From a virus (taxonomy: Duplodnaviria > Caudoviricetes): a stretch of 64,000 nt of DNA. Position numbers and translations under genes: made by a program. Shown here one piece after another: positions 20,167-30,423 of this stretch. The notes beneath the pieces are model-generated. The model had not been told where the DNA came from and made no database searches. It saw only the letters and a list, made by a program, of their open reading frames with translations. The stretch's first letter is position 1. Each line of letters starts with the position of its first letter. The stretch is taken from the IMG/VR virus record IMGVR_UViG_3300009158_002556, positions 16,927 through 80,926 of that record. One strand, written 5' to 3'.

Positions 20167-21135
20167 TTAATATTTACAACAAATAGAATTACACACATTG
20201 TATACAGGATTTAATTTAAAATCAAAATTATACTTATCTATGAAATTTTTAACAAATTGATACATTCTGAATATATTTTTTAAATCTGTCTGGTCGTGCA
20301 AATTTAAATCCAAATTATCAATTGTACTAAAAACTTCTTTGAATTCTTTTAAAAAGGTTTCGTCATTGTTAATAACACGTTCGATAAATTCAGCACTCGT
20401 ATATACATTATGTTTAATTTTAACATCCAATACTTTTTTGTATATATCTAACTCCATTACATCTTTTATTTGATCACATGTTATTAAATTATGTACTAAT
20501 GGATTCATGAACAAATGCCATACAGGACTCTGTGCCCAGTCATGAAATGATTTGAAATGATTAATTGCATATCCATAATAAGTATATTTTTCATCCATCA
20601 ATTTATATAACTCATGCGCTCCCCAGTTAGATTGAATATATTTGTCTTTTACATTTTTTATGAATCTCTTAGGAGAAAAATAGTGTTTTTTTGTTGTTAA
20701 AAATTCATACAAATCTCTAGATGCTAATGTTTCATAAAATATATCATATGCGTGTTCAGGAGTACCATTCATATGTAAATACCAAGGTAGTAGAACAACA
20801 TTTTTATTATTAAACTCACACTCAGTGACTATACGTTTCATGTTGTCTAGAAACATTTGTGTTGGAGTTTCGTCTCCATCCAACCATAAAACCCAATCAT
20901 TTTCGGGTACATCGGCAATAAGATGTCTTCTAGCACACTCAATATCAAAAAAATCAGGATGGTGTATTACATTAACATCATCCGGTAATATCGCACGCAT
21001 TTCATGATAAAATAATTCTGGTCCAGCATTTAAAACTCCAATTGTATCGAAGTGTCCTTTACATACTGAAATGGTATTATTAATTAAATTGTATCGTCTA
21101 TCAGGTCCAAGTAAAATTCTTAAATGTATTTTCAT
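20167..21135 (-). CDS. GT2-like glycosyltransferase
   Basis: DWVLWLDGDE and GAHE; resembles 35123..35770. Confidence 0.65.
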   Translation of the reverse strand: MKIHLRILLGPDRRYNLINNTISVCKGHFDTIGVLNAGPELFYHEMRAILPDDVNVIHHPDFFDIECARRHLIADVPENDWVLWLDGDETPTQMFLDNMKRIVTECEFNNKNVVLLPWYLHMNGTPEHAYDIFYETLASRDLYEFLTTKKHYFSPKRFIKNVKDKYIQSNWGAHELYKLMDEKYTYYGYAINHFKSFHDWAQSPVWHLFMNPLVHNLITCDQIKDVMELDIYKKVLDVKIKHNVYTSAEFIERVINNDETFLKEFKEVFSTIDNLDLNLHDQTDLKNIFRMYQFVKNFIDKYNFDFKLNPVYNVCNSICCKY

Positions 21136-21578
21136 TTTCTGTTCAAGTAATGTTTGTATAAATCGTGTATATAAAAGTTTCCACTTACACTTTCAATCTT
21201 AGAATAATATAAAGATTTTAATTTTATGTCAAGGTCTAGAGTAATATCTTCGAATCCAATTAGAATAAATCTTTTTTGCCAGCCTGGTTTATTTGTAGCA
21301 TGGTCAATATAGTCTATAATAGAATTTGTATATTCTATCGTTACCCATGAATAATGAAAAATAGTTGGAAATTTATTATCAAACGTCGTTGACAAATCTG
21401 ATGGTGAATTATCATATTGTATAATTTCCCAATTTCTAAATTTTAATAAATCTGTTATTTCATTGGATGATTTCCCTAATTCTAGGAAACACGCATACTC
21501 TAATTTTTTATAAATTTTATTAATTAAAAATTCTTGAATATTCATATTATTTTTTAAAAATTGTAGCATATCGTCCAT
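21132..21578 (-). CDS. hypothetical protein, possible degenerate methyltransferase fold
   Basis: FLELG resembles SAM motif I; true start is probably the second Met (MNIQEF). Confidence 0.4.
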   Translation of the reverse strand: MDDMLQFLKNNMNIQEFLINKIYKKLEYACFLELGKSSNEITDLLKFRNWEIIQYDNSPSDLSTTFDNKFPTIFHYSWVTIEYTNSIIDYIDHATNKPGWQKRFILIGFEDITLDLDIKLKSLYYSKIESVSGNFYIHDLYKHYLNRK

Positions 21579-22146
21579 AACAATCGATTGATTCTTTTTT
21601 AATATCTTGTTCTTGCCAATTATCCCCTTTAAAAAAATTATAAATTGTATCTCGCAAATTACAAGATGGTTCTACATTAAAATGTAGGTCATCTAACATA
21701 ATTGTTCCTTTACTAGACAATCTTGATACTATATTTGGCAAATACTCAATTCTTTCTTCAATACATCCTAAATCATGATATATAAAATCGTAATTGGTCA
21801 ATGCAAAATTGTTTTTTATATCATCCCAATAAAATAAATTATCACAATTTAAATTATTTTCTATTAAATAATTTTTAGTTTTTTCCAACCAAAATTTATT
21901 TGTTTCAAATGTTGTAACATTAAAAGTTTTATTTTTTAATTCTCGTCTTATAAAATAAGAAGAAATACCAGATCCGGTATCTAGTATGGAATTAATTTCC
22001 ACATTTCTTAAAAAATATATTAATAAAGCACATTGTTCAAATGAAGTTGCCATATCAGGGCTAGATATATTTGTAACATAATCCTTATATTCATTTGTTA
22101 TTTCTGTTTTAATTAAATCTAATTTATTTATATCTATACTACTCAT
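21547..22146 (-). CDS. class I SAM-dependent methyltransferase
   Basis: ILDTGSGISS, DFIYHD and IMLDD. Confidence 0.75.
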   Translation of the reverse strand: MSSIDINKLDLIKTEITNEYKDYVTNISSPDMATSFEQCALLIYFLRNVEINSILDTGSGISSYFIRRELKNKTFNVTTFETNKFWLEKTKNYLIENNLNCDNLFYWDDIKNNFALTNYDFIYHDLGCIEERIEYLPNIVSRLSSKGTIMLDDLHFNVEPSCNLRDTIYNFFKGDNWQEQDIKKESIDCYGRYATIFKK

Positions 22147-22200
22147 ATAATTCTCTAAATTGTTTTGTTGGTAATGTATTAATATTTATTTCATATTTAA

Positions 22201-22563
22201 TTAAAAAATCACATCCTCTTCTACTTTTATACCAACCAACATAACACCAAGTGAGCGTGAATCATTATTAACTTCATATGGCCGTTCTAATTTAAACTTA
22301 AAGTCAGTTTTGTCAGACATTTTAATTTTTACCACATTTAAACACTCAGTATTCAAGTCAATAGACTTATCTTCATATATCAACTTGTTTTTGATGTTTG
22401 ACATTATACTAAGTGTAATGTACTCAATATTATTGACAACTCCACTAAATTCTTGTGCGGTCCACATCCACTTAGTAAGTCGATCATTTTCAATTAAATA
22501 AACTCCATTAATCAACTTAAATTGTTTCTGTGTATTATTTATTGTATTATAATTTATCGTCAT
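22201..22563 (-). CDS. hypothetical beta-rich protein
   Basis: 120 aa; WMWT and DSRSLGV motifs as seen in glycan-associated accessory domains. Weak call. Confidence 0.5.
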   Translation of the reverse strand: MTINYNTINNTQKQFKLINGVYLIENDRLTKWMWTAQEFSGVVNNIEYITLSIMSNIKNKLIYEDKSIDLNTECLNVVKIKMSDKTDFKFKLERPYEVNNDSRSLGVMLVGIKVEEDVIF

Positions 22564-23962
22564 AACATTTTTTCATTAATTCATAAGCATGATCTAAATC
22601 AGGATATGCCCACTCTTGGTCACTAGAATAATTATTACTAAACGACTCCATTCCACTTACTTTATTTAGTTTATAGTTGACCAATCCTTTGTAATCTTTG
22701 CCAAGAAATTCAACAGGAGCACTATAACCAGTTGTTACCACCATATTTCCATGATGATATGCATCAAATATAGTTAAACCAAATCCCTCACCCTTATTCA
22801 AACTCACATAACAGTCGCAGAAACTGTGTAATGATAATATCTCTCTGTTACTTAAGTTGTTTAATATCAAGAAGATATTTTCAGATAGTTTACTAGTTAA
22901 TTTTCTTATAGTATCAATACAATATACTAAACTAGTATCATCATATGTTTTATAATGTAGTTTCAAAACAAGTTGGGTATCTGGATGTGAATCATTTAAT
23001 TTATCAAATACCTTTACCAAATCTTCTATACCCTTTCTGAAATTAAGTTCTCCAATACTATAAAAGGTATATTTGTCTGAAGGAATAATCTTACCAAAAC
23101 AATCCTTGATATTTATATCACTCTTATTAAATCTTGGTTGTGGATGCCATATATGAGGCACAACTTTAATATCAGATTTAACCCCACTATTAATAAAACA
23201 CTCTTTATTAAAATAAGAAGGTACCCACACCTCTGATGCCAGATTAATCTTATCTACCCAATCAGTTGGTAGTTTATTTGTTTCCCAAGTACAATATCCA
23301 ACATATCTACTATCATTCTTAATATATCTATCCCATATATCGGGTGTGCTATGTACAATAGTCAAATCAATATTATCTAACTTTTTGTCAACAACAGATT
23401 CAGCCAAAACATCCACGTAGTAATTATTATCGTTCTTACTATTGTCAAATTTGAGTGGTTTCCATGATATGTTAACCCCCTTCAAAACATAGTCTGCAAT
23501 ATAACCTTTTGCTGCGGATGCATATCCACATGTACCATATTGACCAATATAAAGCAATCCTTTGTCTTTAACGTTAAAGGTAGAGTTTGTAACTTTCAAA
23601 ACATCTGAAGTTGTCGTGTAAAAACTTTTAAATGGAAAATTATTATCAAAATAAACTATAGCATTATAAAAACATCCATAAGTATCATAATAACTCAACA
23701 ACTTATTGATCATCAGTGTATTGAACTTCTTTTTATCATACGTTGAGTTTATAAACATCAACAATCCACTTTTATAAGACTCAAATATCAATCGTAGTGT
23801 CATGTGTGATAAATGATCCAAGTCATCAACCACAAATATGTTTTCTTGATTATACTCTTCGGTTTCTACAGAGAATCGTTGTTCCGCTAATATAACAAAA
23901 GAATTCCCACTTTTGGCGAGAATTCTTTGGACATTGTCAGATGAATGTTTTGTTACTATCAT
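22547..23962 (-). CDS. GT4-like glycosyltransferase with N-terminal extension
   Basis: CGYASAAKGY, TWET, RKGIEDL and KGEGFGL; paralog of 8202..9560. Confidence 0.85.
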   Translation of the reverse strand: MIVTKHSSDNVQRILAKSGNSFVILAEQRFSVETEEYNQENIFVVDDLDHLSHMTLRLIFESYKSGLLMFINSTYDKKKFNTLMINKLLSYYDTYGCFYNAIVYFDNNFPFKSFYTTTSDVLKVTNSTFNVKDKGLLYIGQYGTCGYASAAKGYIADYVLKGVNISWKPLKFDNSKNDNNYYVDVLAESVVDKKLDNIDLTIVHSTPDIWDRYIKNDSRYVGYCTWETNKLPTDWVDKINLASEVWVPSYFNKECFINSGVKSDIKVVPHIWHPQPRFNKSDINIKDCFGKIIPSDKYTFYSIGELNFRKGIEDLVKVFDKLNDSHPDTQLVLKLHYKTYDDTSLVYCIDTIRKLTSKLSENIFLILNNLSNREILSLHSFCDCYVSLNKGEGFGLTIFDAYHHGNMVVTTGYSAPVEFLGKDYKGLVNYKLNKVSGMESFSNNYSSDQEWAYPDLDHAYELMKKCYDDKL

Positions 23963-24912
23963 TTACTTATAACTTTTATCAGTTTTGCGATACAAGCCAT
24001 AAACGTAATTTCTTTGTCTACAACCATCGCACTCTGATAAATACTCTCAGATACTTCTATAATAACATTTATTTGTTTATCCGAAGCAAAATCTTCAGCA
24101 CGATCATACAACTCGGTGTATAGTTCTTCAAACATCTTAATACCCGAATCGTTTACCATCTGACGAATCTCATTAAATGCTTTCGGATTATTTTTACAAT
24201 TCTTAAGAGAAATAATTAATTTATTCTTAAGATCAATATTAGCACTCTGAGTATCTACCAATTTCAAAGTATCACTGGTACTACTTTGTTGTAAGAAATT
24301 GACAATCTTACGTATATCTGGATACAAGGCCTTGGTAACACTAGCAATATCAGGCATAGTATACGTGACACTTTCATTATCCAAAATAGTTTTGACATAA
24401 ACCGCTACATCTTTCATTGCGGGTGGTTCTAGTCTAAATACTTGACTACGACTGATAAGAGGAGCAATGATCTTTTCTACATAATTACAAGTAAGAATGA
24501 ATCGGGTACTCTTACTATAGGTTTCCATCAAATTACGAAGTGATGCTTGAGAATTGGTTGACATATAATCAGCCTCATCCAAAATAACCACTTTGAGTTC
24601 ATGAAAACCCATAGAACAAGCAAATGGCTTAATCTTATCACGAACGAAGTCTACACCAGTATTGTCAGATGCGTTAACATACATGACATCACATGGAATA
24701 TTCTTTGTCAGAATCTTAGCAAGAGTAGTCTTACCAGTACCAGCACTACCATGAAATAATAGATGTGGTATGTCCTTACGTGAAATGAAATCTCTTACAA
24801 TGTCACGTAACTGATCACCACAAATATAATTGTCGATTGTATCTGGACGATACTTTTCAACCCAAAGTGAATGATCTTTCTTTTCTACAACTTCTTCTTG
24901 AAAAAAACTCAT
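23959..24912 (-). CDS. gp44: clamp loader ATPase subunit (gp44/RFC-like)
   Basis: WVEKYRP, GSAGTGKT, LNASD-like VNASD, LDEAD and SRSQ motifs. Confidence 0.93.
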   Translation of the reverse strand: MSFFQEEVVEKKDHSLWVEKYRPDTIDNYICGDQLRDIVRDFISRKDIPHLLFHGSAGTGKTTLAKILTKNIPCDVMYVNASDNTGVDFVRDKIKPFACSMGFHELKVVILDEADYMSTNSQASLRNLMETYSKSTRFILTCNYVEKIIAPLISRSQVFRLEPPAMKDVAVYVKTILDNESVTYTMPDIASVTKALYPDIRKIVNFLQQSSTSDTLKLVDTQSANIDLKNKLIISLKNCKNNPKAFNEIRQMVNDSGIKMFEELYTELYDRAEDFASDKQINVIIEVSESIYQSAMVVDKEITFMACIAKLIKVISK

Positions 24913-24918
24913 AATTTA

Positions 24919-25656
24919 TTAAGATACGTTCTTAATTTCCAACAGATAATAATTGCTATTGAATGATTCGTTATCAAACTCAACATGTGCAATACCAGAA
25001 TCACTTACCTTCAATACAGCATTCTCACAATCTGAATTACTTGTCAAAATCTCTTTTAGATACTTAGCATTATAATGTAGAATCTTACCAAGACTATCCT
25101 TACCTTCTATAGTCTTGATATCCAGGTTAATACGATTGCTGTTGGTATTACTAAATCCAAGTATCATCTTGATCTTACCATTCTTGTCCTTAGTCAATGT
25201 CAAAATATCTACATCAGTCAAAGCACTCTTAGCCTTTACGAATGTAGAAACAAACTCCTTGGTCAATGGAATTTCCAAATTAAAAACAGGCATCTTCTTC
25301 AATGTTGGAACTGGAGGAATAACACTTAGATCTGCGGTAACATATTGTACCTCAGTACCTTCACTGGTTAGTGTAATTGATGTAATCTTATCATTGGTTG
25401 TATTTGGAACAATTTCTACTTCATCTCCCAATACACCCAACATCTTCTTAAGTTTGGCAGTATCATTTACACCAAACTCAACATCTGATAGTTTTGCAGC
25501 ATCTTTCAAGGTTACAAATGCCAAGATATTCTTGTCATCGCTCGTTGATGATGTTTTGATTTGATTGTCAGCGGATACTACTGACCACTTTACGCTTTCG
25601 ATTAACCCGTTTAGGGAATACTTGTCTGTGAATGAATTAATTAGTTGTTTTTTCAT
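24919..25656 (-). CDS. gp45: sliding clamp (gp45-like)
   Basis: 245 aa, between polymerase and clamp loader; beta-rich two-domain pattern ending YYLL. Confidence 0.8.
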   Translation of the reverse strand: MKKQLINSFTDKYSLNGLIESVKWSVVSADNQIKTSSTSDDKNILAFVTLKDAAKLSDVEFGVNDTAKLKKMLGVLGDEVEIVPNTTNDKITSITLTSEGTEVQYVTADLSVIPPVPTLKKMPVFNLEIPLTKEFVSTFVKAKSALTDVDILTLTKDKNGKIKMILGFSNTNSNRINLDIKTIEGKDSLGKILHYNAKYLKEILTSNSDCENAVLKVSDSGIAHVEFDNESFNSNYYLLEIKNVS

Positions 25657-25665
25657 AACTTATCT

Positions 25666-25694
25666 AGGTTACCACACCGATCTGTTTTTGTCAA
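25666..25694 (-). promoter_or_regulatory. sigma70-type promoter for clamp and clamp loader
   Basis: TTGACA-N17-TAACCT with TGG before the -10 box. Confidence 0.7.
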
Positions 25695-26104
25695 ATTGTT
25701 TCAAAAAATTCTGATGGAACTTCACTTACATATTTTTGTTTGGTACATGTACTTAATCCGATATCAGACATTGTATACAAATCATCTGGGGAAATATAGA
25801 AATACTCAATTCTATACTCAGCATATGCTACACTTCTCATTTGATAATACACCTTTACGTTTGATGCATCGTTGGTTCTAAACTCAATGTAATATACTTT
25901 GGGATCTGATAATCTATATAATTGGTTCTTTGGTATATACAATTGATTTAAATGTATATCATCCTTGCTAAATTCTACATATGGGCCACGTTGGCCAATT
26001 ACTACACGTTGGTATTTATCAGCAATTAGTGTTGAATTCTTGGTATATAAACCAAATCTTTTTCCCTCAATAGGGATGTTCAGTAAATCTTCGTATTTTT
26101 TCAT
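25691..26104 (-). CDS. hypothetical protein
   Basis: 137-aa ORF between polymerase and clamp. Confidence 0.7.
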   Translation of the reverse strand: MKKYEDLLNIPIEGKRFGLYTKNSTLIADKYQRVVIGQRGPYVEFSKDDIHLNQLYIPKNQLYRLSDPKVYYIEFRTNDASNVKVYYQMRSVAYAEYRIEYFYISPDDLYTMSDIGLSTCTKQKYVSEVPSEFFETI

Positions 26105-26110
26105 AACAAT

Positions 26111-28771
26111 TTAAAAACTAAAAAACTCATCTAAGGTCACGTGTGATTGACTAGGATAAGACCAATTCAAAATATTGTAAAAGTCTAGTAATTTACCCTT
26201 GAGTTCTTGTTCATACATAGCATTTCTATCAACATATAGATTGATAAACTCCATAATACGATCTGGATCTGTACCATCCGCCTTCATAGCAATACATTCA
26301 CATCCAAACTCATTTTGTTTAAGATAAACCCATTTAATCTTTTGTCCATTATAAATTGGCGGAATAGCCTTATCAAGATCCCAATGATGTAATAAGTCAT
26401 TGTAAAACAAAGCAGCTTTTGCTTGTGCAGTTGTACCCTTGATATACTTGAACTTGTTACGAGTCTTTGGATTATAATCAATCTTTGATTCACCACCACT
26501 CTTGAACTTAACACTGGTATTCTTAGCTATTTCAATAACAATAGAATTAATCAAATTGTTTTCCAAGAAATTTAATATGTTTTTATCAATAGTACCCTTC
26601 TCAGTTTTTCTCAAAATATCACTCAAGAACTTTTCCATGAATTTGCGAAACTGAATTGGAAATGAAGTACGAACTACGTCAATACCCTTTACTTCCATTT
26701 CATCACATTCAATACCACCTTTGTTGATAATAAGCTGAGCATAACGTTTTTTAGCCAACCAAAAACCAGTTTTGGCAATAACTTCTTGTTTTGCGTCAAA
26801 TCGATGTTTTTGAATATTAAACATACGATCCGCCATGATATCGAAAGTTTTGTTGACATGAGATTGAACCTCGCCACAAACCTTCAAGATAGCATCAGTC
26901 ATCGACTTTTCATCGTTAATATCAGTATCTGGCATCGTCTTTTGAATGATAGGCAAAGCGCTAGCAAAACAAGAGTCGGTATCAACATAAATAACATAAT
27001 CATTATTTTCACTTTCTTCTAATACACGCTTGTAGTATTGATTAATAGCTTTATTGGCTGTCTTAATAATATCCTGACCAGTTATGGTAACAGCGCTCGC
27101 ATTATCCTTGTCATAAAATCTAAATATCGGTAAACCCAATACACCATAGATTGAATTAAGTAAAACTTTTTGTACTTTTTGACGTTGTTCATAAAACTCA
27201 TACATTTCCCATTCTTTTAAATCCGCGTGTTTCTTGGCCAATTTACGCATTTCTTTACGTTCATCGAACCACTTTACAAGAATCTCTGGAATAACTCCAT
27301 CAACATCCTTGTGATATAATACACCATTACTAGCAATACTGAGTCTAGACTCGTTTACTAACTTTTTGAATTCATCATTGTTATACACACCACCACCAAT
27401 ATGATAGTTAGAAATACGATTTTGTGTAAACATCTTTGCATTATATTGATTCAAACGTTGTTCGATATAACTATCCAATGGTGTTTGTTTCTGAGTACTA
27501 TCACTCAGATTGTTAAATTCCTCAACCAAGTCAGCTCGTCTTTCTTTTAGAAATGATTCATCAAATTCAATTTTATGAATAACAGCTACTTTAGTCTCTG
27601 GACTGATGTTAAGACTGATGATGATATTCGGATACATTGATGTAAGATCCAAGTCAAACACCCAATCGTAACGGCCAGGAACAGGAGATTTAACATACGC
27701 ACCCTCAAATCCCTCTTCTCCATCTTCTTTTTGACTTTCATATTCTTCATTACCATCTACAGGTTTATTCTTAGCTACTTGTCCTTTACGGCGTAGATAC
27801 ATAAGAATAGCACCCTCAATGAATCGTGAACTCTTTGGATAACAATCATATGGTACGTGTCCTTTGTGACAAATAGCCCTCGCTAGTTCAATAAATTGTT
27901 TCTTCTTTTCCAATGCTACAATAATCTTAACGTCGTTCAAGTTATATTCAAGATACTTGTTGATATCTTGTTTATACAAATCATCGAGACTACCACGATA
28001 GGCAATCTTTTCCATACCAACGACTTTCTTACCAATAGCTCCTAAAGCATAACTAGCCTCTTGTTTAATATTTAGCTTCTTGTATAGATCCATATAATCA
28101 ATATGTGTTACACCAGCGATTACAAGTTTTTTACTCCAATCGTTGATATAAGTCACACCAATTGGACTCATACGTTTAGCTTGTGATTGACCAATTACAC
28201 TCTTCATTCGACGATACAAATAAGGCATATCGAATTGATCACTATTCCAACCAGTTACAATAGTTGGTTGAATTTCTTCCCACTTGGTAACGAAATGAGA
28301 CAACAGACTTTCTTCATCTGTAAAACTACGAACATCAACATTGTCTTGAGAAAAATCCTGAAGTTTATTGTCTCGATCTAAAATAAATGCTGTGTATCTT
28401 TCAAGGCCACTATCATATATGGCAATTGCTGTGATTTCTTTATCAGCCGTTTCAACATTCGGAAAGCCACCTTCCGAACTAGTTTCGATATCAAGGTACA
28501 AAACCCGATGACCTACAGATAGATCATCAGTATCTTCATATGCATCTATAAGAATACGAGTTTCAATAGGAACATCAGATTCAAATAGTGATGGATCTCT
28601 TGGATTGAAGGAATAAATCTTTTCCAATTCCTCTCCAAAAATACTCTTATACTTACCACCCTCACGCTTTCTATAAGCATATGGTCTAAACACAAAGTTG
28701 GTATAACCCTGTTTATCATCCCAAAGATGACAGGTATTTGTTTTTTTATCGAAAAAGATGTTCTGATACAT
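26111..28771 (-). CDS. gp43: family B DNA polymerase (gp43-like)
   Basis: Exonuclease motifs DIETS, GWNSDQFD and YNLND; polymerase motifs DLTSMYP, KVLLNSIYG and YVDTDS. Confidence 0.97.
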   Translation of the reverse strand: MYQNIFFDKKTNTCHLWDDKQGYTNFVFRPYAYRKREGGKYKSIFGEELEKIYSFNPRDPSLFESDVPIETRILIDAYEDTDDLSVGHRVLYLDIETSSEGGFPNVETADKEITAIAIYDSGLERYTAFILDRDNKLQDFSQDNVDVRSFTDEESLLSHFVTKWEEIQPTIVTGWNSDQFDMPYLYRRMKSVIGQSQAKRMSPIGVTYINDWSKKLVIAGVTHIDYMDLYKKLNIKQEASYALGAIGKKVVGMEKIAYRGSLDDLYKQDINKYLEYNLNDVKIIVALEKKKQFIELARAICHKGHVPYDCYPKSSRFIEGAILMYLRRKGQVAKNKPVDGNEEYESQKEDGEEGFEGAYVKSPVPGRYDWVFDLDLTSMYPNIIISLNISPETKVAVIHKIEFDESFLKERRADLVEEFNNLSDSTQKQTPLDSYIEQRLNQYNAKMFTQNRISNYHIGGGVYNNDEFKKLVNESRLSIASNGVLYHKDVDGVIPEILVKWFDERKEMRKLAKKHADLKEWEMYEFYEQRQKVQKVLLNSIYGVLGLPIFRFYDKDNASAVTITGQDIIKTANKAINQYYKRVLEESENNDYVIYVDTDSCFASALPIIQKTMPDTDINDEKSMTDAILKVCGEVQSHVNKTFDIMADRMFNIQKHRFDAKQEVIAKTGFWLAKKRYAQLIINKGGIECDEMEVKGIDVVRTSFPIQFRKFMEKFLSDILRKTEKGTIDKNILNFLENNLINSIVIEIAKNTSVKFKSGGESKIDYNPKTRNKFKYIKGTTAQAKAALFYNDLLHHWDLDKAIPPIYNGQKIKWVYLKQNEFGCECIAMKADGTDPDRIMEFINLYVDRNAMYEQELKGKLLDFYNILNWSYPSQSHVTLDEFFSF

Positions 28772-28777
28772 ACCCAG

Positions 28778-29008
28778 TTATCTTACATTCAATTTGCCCA
28801 TAAGTCCATCATAAACTTGTTGATGTTCGTCTTTAACGTGAACTTTACACTGATTCAACCGATTCATTAACTTTTTGTGGTTGATTGATGTAAATAATAT
28901 GGGTTCTAATTCTATTTCTTTTAATATCGACGGATTTACTTTATTTATACAAAACCACAACATCGATAATTCGTCTTCAGTCAAAGATTTTAATTGATCT
29001 ATCGTCAT
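28778..29008 (-). CDS. hypothetical protein
   Basis: 76-aa ORF directly upstream of the polymerase. Confidence 0.65.
   Translation of the reverse strand: MTIDQLKSLTEDELSMLWFCINKVNPSILKEIELEPILFTSINHKKLMNRLNQCKVHVKDEHQQVYDGLMGKLNVR
28780..28808 (-). promoter_or_regulatory. possible sigma70-type promoter for the polymerase
   Basis: TGGACT-N17-TAAGAT; the -35 box is a weak match. Confidence 0.4.
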
Positions 29009-29021
29009 AACTTCTATATAT

Positions 29022-29648
29022 ATGACAAATAGTTTTATGAAAAATGACGAAGTTAAAAATGTTGTAGATTATTGTTTAAACAATTATATCATTGATAGAT
29101 GTTACATCCAACAAGTAAAAGAAGAATTTACTTTGTTAGCATATTTCCTGAATTCGTTTAAACCCCACAACATTCTTGAAATAGGATGTAAGGGTGGAAC
29201 ATTTTATATGTTTAACAAGTTTTCCACTGGTAAAAAAATTGGTCTGGACATCGATGATCAATATCTACAAAACATCTATTTTTATATGTATGGTGAAGAT
29301 TTTACATTTATAAAAGCTAATTCACAAACTGAAGAAACTGTTCGTTCAATTGAAAATATATGTAATCAATTTGATTTTATATTCATCGATGGAGATCATA
29401 GTTACGAAGGAGTTAAACGTGACTTTGAATTATACAAAAAGTTTTTGAGTCCAAGAGGTTATATTGGATTTCATGATATAGATCCAAACCATGTGTTCAG
29501 AGATGGCCCCGGCGGTCAAGTATACAAATTTTGGCAAGAACTTGATTATGGTAGCAAAACTGAAATACTCTGTCAACGATCCACCGCTAAATATTCAATG
29601 TATGGTCAGCAAGTTCACTATGGTGGTATTGGTTTATGGCAACCCTAA
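29022..29648 (+). CDS. SAM methyltransferase (Methyltransf_24-like)
   Basis: ILEIGC, DFIFIDGDHSYEGV and GFHD. Confidence 0.88.
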   Translation: MTNSFMKNDEVKNVVDYCLNNYIIDRCYIQQVKEEFTLLAYFLNSFKPHNILEIGCKGGTFYMFNKFSTGKKIGLDIDDQYLQNIYFYMYGEDFTFIKANSQTEETVRSIENICNQFDFIFIDGDHSYEGVKRDFELYKKFLSPRGYIGFHDIDPNHVFRDGPGGQVYKFWQELDYGSKTEILCQRSTAKYSMYGQQVHYGGIGLWQP

Positions 29649-30371
29649 CTTAACACCAAAAATATTTGATCCATAATTAATAAAGATTGTATCCTTTAAT
29701 TTACGTTGGAGGTTTTCAATCTCTTTGACGTGTACTTGTTTTTCTTCATCTTCTACTTCCTTAACACTAAATGAATTGCCAAACGTACTAACTGTACTTT
29801 CTCTAGGACTTAATGTTACATGTGGAGTAATAACTAAATAGTCTCCCTCTTTCAAATCTTTCTTCTTTTTAGACTTATTATCATACACAATAGCCTTACC
29901 TTCTACAACATATACATGGGTATACTTTTCACCAGCCTTAATGAATAGTTTGGCTTTATCATACGCAATATTTCCTACACCTGTACCAATAATACTTGTT
30001 TTATCAGATTCAGATACCACATACAATTGTCCCAATAATGAAAAGTTAAATGATGCATCTTTTACTTTAACCACGTGTGGTACATTAGATTCAACATATG
30101 TAACTACGTCACCATTAAAATAAACCGAACTACCTTCTGATTGTGTAAAAGCAATACGATGTGGTACCATATAACTAACCACACCATTTGTTTCAGTCTT
30201 TATGCTCAAACCATTGGTTAGTGAAAATGTTATGCCTGAAACACAAACCTTATCATTTAGTTTATTATCAACAACTTCTGATACTCCCACATTACCACCA
30301 AAGTCATACAACATGATATTATTTGCGAGAAGTGATAATGAACTTAATAAAATTAATAATACTTTTTTCAT
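29634..30371 (-). CDS. exported FecR-like beta-domain protein
   Basis: Signal-peptide-like MKKVLLILLSSLSLLA; THVYVVEGKAIV...LKEGD resembles the FecR domain end. Confidence 0.5.
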   Translation of the reverse strand: MKKVLLILLSSLSLLANNIMLYDFGGNVGVSEVVDNKLNDKVCVSGITFSLTNGLSIKTETNGVVSYMVPHRIAFTQSEGSSVYFNGDVVTYVESNVPHVVKVKDASFNFSLLGQLYVVSESDKTSIIGTGVGNIAYDKAKLFIKAGEKYTHVYVVEGKAIVYDNKSKKKKDLKEGDYLVITPHVTLSPRESTVSTFGNSFSVKEVEDEEKQVHVKEIENLQRKLKDTIFINYGSNIFGVKLGLP

Positions 30372-30395
30372 ATGCTAATAAATAGTTGTTATAAA

Positions 30396-30423
30396 TTGAC
30401 GAACGTTACTTATGGTATACTAT
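30396..30423 (+). promoter_or_regulatory. sigma70-type promoter
   Basis: TTGACG-N16-TACTAT; implies the nuclease start is ATG 30430. Confidence 0.55.
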
